Source of the DNA: Dehalococcoidia bacterium
Lineage (GTDB): Bacteria > Chloroflexota > Dehalococcoidia > UBA2979
Reading direction: 5' to 3'
NCBI GenBank assembly: GCA_965262725.1
Contig: OZ253555.1
Location: 928,001-992,000, forward strand
DNA length: 64,000 nucleotides
This document shows, in pieces, positions 57,989 through 64,000 of the stretch. Position 1 is the first letter of the stretch. Every line of letters begins with the position of its first letter. The translations under genes were made by a program, and so were the position numbers. A model generated the notes under the pieces. It worked only from the letters and a program-made list of their open reading frames with translations. It was not told where the DNA came from and did no database searches.

Positions 57989-59170
57989 GTGATGGTCGCC
58001 CGCGGGGACCTCGACGCGGACATCGTCGTCGTCGGTGCCGGCATCGTCGGCCTCGCGGTCGCGGCCCGCCTGTCGCGGAAACGCTCCGTGGTCGTGATCG
58101 AGAGGCGAGACGGGCCGGCGCTTGAGACGAGCGCGCACAACTCCCAGGTCGTGCACGCCGGCATCTACTACCCGACCGGGTCGCGGAAGCACCTGCTCTG
58201 CCTCGCCGGCAACCGCGCGCTCTACGCGTGGTGCGAGGAGCGCGGCGTCGCGGTCGCGCGCACGGGCAAGCTGGTCGCGGCGCTCGCCGAGAGCGAGCTC
58301 TCGGGCCTCGAGGCCGTCTGGGAGCAGGCAGCAGCCAACGGCGTCTCAGGCATGAGGCGGCTGACCGCTGCCGAGGCGCGGGCCGTGGAGCCGGCCGTGC
58401 CGTTCGCGGCGGCGCTCCACTCCGAGTCCTCCGGCGTCGTCGACGCCGCGGGCTTCGCGCGCTCGCTCGAGAGCGCCGCGCGCGATCGGGGAGCGCTCGT
58501 CGCCTACCGCCACGAGCTCCGGGGGACGGTGCGCGGCGCGGGCGGCTTCGCTTTGGAGGTGGCGGACCCGGACGGTGCCCCGCAGGAGCTGCGGTGCGCC
58601 GCCCTCGTGAACGCGGCCGGCCACGGGGCGCCGCCCGTCGCCCGGTCGGCCGGCTACCCACTCGACGGTGGCGGGGACGGCGGGGAAGCTGTCCCGGTGC
58701 TCCGGCAGCGCGTGAACAAGGGACGCTACTACGACGTCGTGGACCCCGCCCTGGCGCGCAGCGTGTCGCGTCACATCTACCCGATCCCGCGCGAGGGGGG
58801 CGGCATGGCGGGGCACCTCGCGCGTGCCGGCGGGCTGGGCGTGCACCTGACGGTCGATCTCGATGGCGGCCTCCGCCTCGGGCCGGACACTGAATGGCTC
58901 CCGGAGGGCGCGCCGCTCGACTACCGCGCGGGCGACGACCGGCGTCCGGAGTTCTTGGAGGCGGGTCGCCGGCTGCTCCCGACCCTGCGCGCGGGCGACA
59001 TCGCCCCGGGGCAGGTCGGCTACCGCCCGAAACTGCACGGTCCGGGAGAGCCGGCGGCCGACTTCCTGATCTGGCACGACCGCGGGTACCTGCACCTGGG
59101 GGGGATCGAGTCGCCGGGGCTCACCGCCTCGCTCGCCATCGCCGACGAGGTCGCCGCGCTCCTGCTCTGA
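57989..59170 (+). CDS. FAD-dependent oxidoreductase, L-2-hydroxyglutarate oxidase (LhgO)-like
   Basis: VVGAGIVGL, TSAHNSQVVHAGIYY, TGKLV, GLGVHLT, GPDTEW, GYRPKL, GIESPGLTASLAIA. Confidence 0.88.
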   Translation: MMVARGDLDADIVVVGAGIVGLAVAARLSRKRSVVVIERRDGPALETSAHNSQVVHAGIYYPTGSRKHLLCLAGNRALYAWCEERGVAVARTGKLVAALAESELSGLEAVWEQAAANGVSGMRRLTAAEARAVEPAVPFAAALHSESSGVVDAAGFARSLESAARDRGALVAYRHELRGTVRGAGGFALEVADPDGAPQELRCAALVNAAGHGAPPVARSAGYPLDGGGDGGEAVPVLRQRVNKGRYYDVVDPALARSVSRHIYPIPREGGGMAGHLARAGGLGVHLTVDLDGGLRLGPDTEWLPEGAPLDYRAGDDRRPEFLEAGRRLLPTLRAGDIAPGQVGYRPKLHGPGEPAADFLIWHDRGYLHLGGIESPGLTASLAIADEVAALLL

Positions 59171-59218
59171 CGGGCGGCGAGCGGTGGTCCGGCTGTGGGG
59201 CGGCGGCCGGCGCCGCGC

Positions 59219-60433
59219 CTACTCGCCGGTTCGGAGGTCGACGTCCCTCAGGGCGAGCGTGGCGAACTCCCCGTTGTGGTAGGTGACGACCGCGTATGTC
59301 GCGACGGTGACATCGCCGACCTCGTCGAGGTTGATCGGCCCACTCGCCCCGACGTAATCGATATTCACGCCGTTCTGGATTAGCTCGGAGCACTGCCCGT
59401 AGCTTGAGCACTCGATCCCGCCGCGCGTGATGCCCGAGAGCCCCTCCATCACTGCCGCTCCGCCGGTTCCGCCCGCGCTCTCCGCGGCGAGCGCGAGCAG
59501 CACCACGCAGTCGTAGACGGCGGCGGGGTAGGCCGCCGTGCCCGGGGTGGGGACGGTGAGCCGCGTGTTGAAGGCCCCCCGCGTGGCCGGCTGGACCAGC
59601 CTCAACCCGTCCACTGCGGTCGGGTCGTCGGGGTCGATCTGGCTCGCGAGATTCGGATCGGCGAGCCCGTTGCCGAGGTACTGCCGGTCGGGTCCGTAGC
59701 CGGCCTCGATCAGGCCGCGGATGAGCGGCACGCCCTCGGAGAAGACGAGGTTGACGACGGCGTCCGCGCGGTGGTTCACGACCGCTTCGATCTCGGCGTC
59801 GAACGTCGTCGCCCGGGGGGCGTAGAGCACGACCGTGACCTCGATGCCGATCTCCGGGAGCAGCCGCGCGAGCTCGCCTGAGAGCGGGCGCCCCCAGTCG
59901 TCGTCGCGCGCGACGATCGCGATCCGGGCATGCCCGTCGTCCGCGATGAGGCCGGCGAGAAGCGGGGCGATCGCCCGGTCGGACGGCACCGTGCGGACGT
60001 AGTAGGCGGCGTTCTCCTGCGTGGTGAACGCCGGCGAGGTGTTCGAACCCGCGCATTGCGGAACGCGCTCCCGGAAGAGCGTGCCGATGAACGACTGCGA
60101 CACGCCGGAGGCGCCCGCCCCCACGATCGCGTCCACCCCCTCGCCGAGGAGCCGGTCGACGGCGGCGACCGCGACCGCGGGGTCTGTGCCCGAGTCGGCA
60201 AGCGTGACGGTGTGAAGTCCGCCCGCGGCCCGGATGTCCGCTTCGGCCAGCCTGACGGCCTCGATCATCGGGAGTCCGATGCTCGAGAGTGAGCCAGTCT
60301 CCGGGAGGACGGCGCCGATGTGGAGCGCGACCCCCTCGGAGTCGCCCGCGTCGCCGCAGGCGCGCACCTCGACAAGGGCTGCGAGCAGCACCGCACCGAC
60401 GATCAGCCCGAGCCGCGGGAGCGTGAGTCGCAT
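59219..60433 (-). CDS. Branched-chain amino acid-type ABC transporter substrate-binding protein (orphan)
   Basis: Signal peptide with Cys, IGAVLPETGSL, IVGAGASGVS, YYVRTVPSD, DYVGASGPINLDEVGD; no permease or ATPase adjacent. Confidence 0.85.
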   Translation of the reverse strand: MRLTLPRLGLIVGAVLLAALVEVRACGDAGDSEGVALHIGAVLPETGSLSSIGLPMIEAVRLAEADIRAAGGLHTVTLADSGTDPAVAVAAVDRLLGEGVDAIVGAGASGVSQSFIGTLFRERVPQCAGSNTSPAFTTQENAAYYVRTVPSDRAIAPLLAGLIADDGHARIAIVARDDDWGRPLSGELARLLPEIGIEVTVVLYAPRATTFDAEIEAVVNHRADAVVNLVFSEGVPLIRGLIEAGYGPDRQYLGNGLADPNLASQIDPDDPTAVDGLRLVQPATRGAFNTRLTVPTPGTAAYPAAVYDCVVLLALAAESAGGTGGAAVMEGLSGITRGGIECSSYGQCSELIQNGVNIDYVGASGPINLDEVGDVTVATYAVVTYHNGEFATLALRDVDLRTGE

Positions 60434-60493
60434 CTCCCAGGGAGCATACCGGAACCGAGTCGTCTCCCGGCTCCCGCGCCCGGCGTGCTCCGA

Positions 60494-62003
60494 CTAGCCG
60501 ATCGCGTCGAGAAGCGCCGACGCCAGCGCGTCGTGGCCGGCCTCCCGTGGGTGGATGTCCGGCGGCGTCTCGGTCATGTGCGTGGCCGAGGCGGCGCGCC
60601 CGCTCAGGGGCGTGAAGCCGTCCGCGACCAGCACGCCACGCTCTCCCGCGAGCTTCGCCGCAATGGCGTTGAGCTCAGCTGTTACGCGCTCCGTGTCCCG
60701 CTCGAGGTCGACGTCAGAGCCGAAGCTGAACGGGTTGTAGGTGAGCAGGAATGCGACGGTCGCGTCGGGAGCGGCCTCGACGATCCGGTCCAGCACGCCG
60801 GCGAGGGTCTCGCGGTAGCTGGTGAGCGAGGCCTCGATACGGGCGGCGCAGGCTGGCATCTCCGCTCCCTCCGCGCAATCCGCGGATGCCAGGTGGGGGA
60901 TGATGTCGTTCCCCCCGATATCGAGCGCGATGTAGGCGACGTCGTTGCCCCCGATGAAGTCGAGTGCCGCCTGGAGCTGCCCGCCGCGCACCAGCGTCTC
61001 GGAGGTCTCGCCCGACTTCCCGAAATTGCGCAGCCCGTAGCGCCGTCCGTCCTTGAGCTCGAGATGGCGGTGGAGCCGCGAGACGTAGCCGTCGCGCAAC
61101 TGCGCGACGCCGAGGCCCGACGCGAGCGAGTCGCCGAGCACGACGTAGTAGCGATCGCTCGGCGCCTCGACGCTGTTCACCTCTCCGGGACCGAGCCTCT
61201 CGGCCAGGGGACTCGCCCCGGTACCGAGCGTCGCGGCGCGCCCGCTGAGGCTGGCGACGACCGTCTCGGAGGTGAGAACCTCGCCGTCTCCCTGCGTGCC
61301 GATCACCACCAGCGCGCCGTCCTCGAGTTCTAGGGACTGCACGCTGACCCTGTACTCGGCGAGGGACTCGTTGAGGTCGGTCACCTGCTCGACGAGTCCC
61401 TCCAACGCGTCGCGCACGATCCCCGGGACGGAGAAGGCGCCGGCCTCGACGTTCCGGATCTCGAGCCCGATCTCACCGGCACGTACGCCGTAGGCCACCT
61501 CACCCGTGGCCGTGAGGTCGCCGCTCTTGAACTCGGCGCGGAAGGTCGCGCTCCCCGGCTTCTTGTCGGTGGCTCCGACGATCTCGAGGTCGACCCGGCG
61601 CAGGGGGCTCTCGATCTCCTGCAGGCCCTCCTGGATGAGCGCGGTGAGCTCGGGCTCGGTGAGCCGGACTCGGAAGGCGGCGTCGTTCTCCGCGGCCTCG
61701 CTCTTCTCTTCCGCGCGGCTGAGAGTGACCGGCTCCGGGGCATCGACGGGCCCGGTCGTAGCCGTGATGGCGGAGGCGAGCTGGTATCCGTGGTAGCCCC
61801 CGTAGGCCGCCGCGCAGCGTCGACGCCCCGAAGAGGAGGAGCAGGGGAACGAGCGTGCGGCGGGGGACGAAGCCGGCGCCGAGGGTGGCTAGGGCGAACA
61901 GCAGGAAGAGGGCGCCCGCCGCACGCTCGCCCACGGTAAAGAGCGCGAGCCCGGGGACGACGGTGATAGCCACCACGCCGACGAGGATGGTCGCGATGCG
62001 CAT
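60494..62003 (-). pseudogene. Membrane-anchored SGNH/GDSL hydrolase interrupted by a frameshift near 61815 (pseudogene or sequencing indel)
   Basis: The ATG 62003 frame gives three TM helices up to FGASTL and then becomes low-complexity. A +1 shift continues AAAYGGYHGYQLASAI...RVRLTEPELTALI... without a stop into ORF 60494..61498 (VLGDSLASG, GKSGETS, IGGND, DIHP). Confidence 0.75.
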
Positions 62004-62087
62004 CGTGCCTCCCGGTCTCGTGCTCTAGGGCTCCGCGCGCGATGCTTCAGCGTAGCGGCTCATCGCGGCGCCGCCGCGGTCAGTGAG

Positions 62088-63431
62088 GTGCGTGCGATGG
62101 AGCAGACATCGGCCGACGGCTCAGGGGAGGAGACGGCGGCCCTCGTCGAGCGGCTGTGGAGCGGACGCGAGCGCGTGTCAATGCTGGCTCGGGCCGCGCG
62201 ACCGATGAGTGCCGGGAGCGCGACCGACTGGGGCATTCCGGCCTCCGTCGACGCTCCGAACGACCTGATCATGCTCGGGGGCGGCATCCCCGACCCGGAG
62301 ACCCTTCCGCGGGCCGACCTACTCGAGGCACTGAGGCGGGTGCTTGAGGTGCCGGACGACGGCGCGCTCCGCTACGGCGGTCCGCTGGGCCACGATCCGT
62401 TGCGCGAGGCGATCGCACGCCGCAGCGCCGACGGGTCGGGCGCCGAGCAGATCATGCTCACGAACGGCTCGGCCGGCGCCATCGACACCGTCTGCTCGAC
62501 GTTCCTCGACCCGGGCGACGTCGTGGTCGTCGAGGCGCCGACCTTCTCCGGCTCGACGCGCACCTTTCGCGGTCGCGGCGCCGACGTCTGGACCGTGCCC
62601 GTCGACGAGGACGGGCTCGACGTCGAGTCGCTCGCTGCGCTCCTTGCCCGCCTGGAGGCCGCCGGCCGCCGGGCGAAGCTCGTCTACACCATCCCCACCT
62701 ACCACAACCCGACGGGGGCGACGCTCCCGCTCGATCGGCGTCGTCGGCTGCTGCGCCTCGCCGCCGAGCACGGCGCGCTCGTGCTCGAGGACGACGCCTA
62801 CGGCGAGATCGCCTTCGACGATGCCCGCCTGCCGTCGCTCGCGGCACTCGCGGGTGGCGTCGGGGTGATCGCCGTGCGGACCTTCTCGAAGATCATCGCG
62901 ACGGGGCTCCGGGTGGGCTGGATCCGCGCGGAGGCGCCGCTCATCGAGCAGATGGCCGCCGTGCGCTACGACATGGGGAACAGCCCGCTGCTCCACCGCA
63001 TGCTCGTCGAGTACATGTCGGACGGACGGCTCGATGCGCACGTCGCTCGGATGCGTCCCCTCTACGACTCGCGCGCCCGCGCGCTCGCGGAGGCGCTCGT
63101 CGAGCATGCCGGGCCCTACGTCGATTTCGTCCCGCCGCGCGGGGGCTTCTTCCTCTGGGTGCGGCTGGCCGACGGCCTCTCTGCCCCCGCCCTGCAGCGG
63201 GCCGCGATGGAGGCGGGCGTGTCGTTCCCGGTGGGGCACGCCTTCTTCCCGGAGCGCGGCGCCGAGGGCGACCGGCACATCCGTCTCGCCTACTCCACGC
63301 TGCCCGAGCGGGAGCTGCGCGAGGCGGCGAGGCGTATCGGGCGCGCCTGTCAGCGCGTCTGCGCTCCCGTCGCGGGCCGCCCGGCCGGCAGGCGGCCCCA
63401 GACGAGGAGTCGCTTGAACGGGAAGAAGTAG
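62088..63431 (+). CDS. PLP-dependent aminotransferase class I/II (2-aminoadipate transaminase/MocR-like, no HTH)
   Basis: LGGGIPDP, ALRYG, MLTNGS, YTIPTYHNPTG, EDDAYGE, TFSKIIATGLRVGW, GGFFLW, IRLAYS. Confidence 0.9.
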   Translation: MRAMEQTSADGSGEETAALVERLWSGRERVSMLARAARPMSAGSATDWGIPASVDAPNDLIMLGGGIPDPETLPRADLLEALRRVLEVPDDGALRYGGPLGHDPLREAIARRSADGSGAEQIMLTNGSAGAIDTVCSTFLDPGDVVVVEAPTFSGSTRTFRGRGADVWTVPVDEDGLDVESLAALLARLEAAGRRAKLVYTIPTYHNPTGATLPLDRRRRLLRLAAEHGALVLEDDAYGEIAFDDARLPSLAALAGGVGVIAVRTFSKIIATGLRVGWIRAEAPLIEQMAAVRYDMGNSPLLHRMLVEYMSDGRLDAHVARMRPLYDSRARALAEALVEHAGPYVDFVPPRGGFFLWVRLADGLSAPALQRAAMEAGVSFPVGHAFFPERGAEGDRHIRLAYSTLPERELREAARRIGRACQRVCAPVAGRPAGRRPQTRSRLNGKK

Positions 63432-64000
63432 GGGCGCCGCTCGCCCCCGAGCGCCCGCAGGCGCCTCGCGTACTCGGCGAGCAGCCGCTCGTAGAGCGTC
63501 CCCGCCAGTCGCTCGCGGTAGGGCGTCAGCAGCGAGCCCTCCATCCAGGAGACGACGGAGTCGACGGACGGCAGCAGGTGCTCGTACACCTGCAGGCGCA
63601 CCAGCCGCCGCTCGAAGCCGAGCTCGAAGAGCATCTCGGCGTAGCGCTCCGGCGGGAGCACCGGAAACGGCCGCTCGTATCCCGCCATCGCGTCGCGGTA
63701 CGGCGGCTCGCCGGCGAGCTCGCGCGCGACCGTGTGCGAGGGGTGGTCGTCGCTGACAGGCATCTGCACGGCGATCTGCCCGCCCGGCGCGAGCAGGGCG
63801 GCGAGCCGCGGCCACAGCTCTTCGTGCTGGTCCACCCATTGCAGTGCGGCGTTCGAGAAGAGAAGGTCGGGGTGCCCGGCGGGCCTCCACTCGCGTATAT
63901 CCGCCCGCTCGAAGCGGAGGCTCCGCCGTCCCCTCGGCGCGGCGTGCTCGAGCATCGTCTCCGAGGAGTCGACGCCGATCGTCTCCCCGGCGCCCAGCGT
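63350..64000 (-). CDS. tam: Trans-aconitate 2-methyltransferase-like SAM methyltransferase (5' end outside the window)
   Basis: GVDSSETML, DLLFSNAALQWV, LAPGGQIAVQMP, WMEGSLLTPY, YFFPFKRLLVWG. Confidence 0.85.
   Translation of the reverse strand, partial: TLGAGETIGVDSSETMLEHAAPRGRRSLRFERADIREWRPAGHPDLLFSNAALQWVDQHEELWPRLAALLAPGGQIAVQMPVSDDHPSHTVARELAGEPPYRDAMAGYERPFPVLPPERYAEMLFELGFERRLVRLQVYEHLLPSVDSVVSWMEGSLLTPYRERLAGTLYERLLAEYARRLRALGGERRPYFFPFKRLLVWGRLPAGRPATGAQTR

Noticed and set aside
134-63890. Hundreds of long Arg/Pro/Ala-rich alternative-frame ORFs (e.g. 18159..20021, 47830..49656, 50739..52958, 62319..63890)
   Set aside because: Expected shadow ORFs in very high-GC DNA; each overlaps a motif-supported gene.
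1-64000. CRISPR arrays, tRNA (including tRNA-Sec), rRNA, IS elements/integrases
   Set aside because: No regularly spaced repeats, cloverleaf, rRNA-like sequence or transposase/integrase motifs were seen by eye. Intergenic gaps are mostly under 200 bp. An Infernal/tRNAscan run would be needed to exclude small RNAs.

Overview
Very GC-rich, gene-dense bacterial chromosomal segment with about 55 real CDS. Most entries in the six-frame track are GC-driven shadow ORFs. The gene content (F420 biosynthesis cofD/cofC, an LLM oxidoreductase, three paralogous acyl-CoA dehydrogenases, several amidohydrolases, a family-III CoA transferase) suggests Chloroflexota/Dehalococcoidia; this is inference. I saw no rRNA, tRNA, CRISPR array or intact mobile element. 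The main signal is a hidden selenoprotein neighbourhood at 2.6-9.7 kb. (i) A radical SAM enzyme's apparent TGA stop lies inside a C-U-A-E-P tail. It follows an NfuA gene, converges on an ATP-grasp ligase and lies next to two MFS transporters. (ii) An uncalled ~102-aa gene (9429-9737) has two in-frame TGA codons (PPIG-U-TG and HRHQPT-U-THG) and is divergent from a glutaredoxin/TlpA/Lgt-like operon. All three TGAs carry a hairpin starting 12-13 nt downstream, which is bacterial SECIS geometry. The rest of the window holds CoA-dependent and amide/heterocycle catabolic genes, a PLP histidine-decarboxylase-like gene with an ACT partner, an RND remnant, an Lhr/RNase D operon, a glgC/otsBA/pentose-phosphate block with a transaldolase-PGI fusion, an M16 peptidase pair and a frameshifted membrane-anchored SGNH hydrolase.
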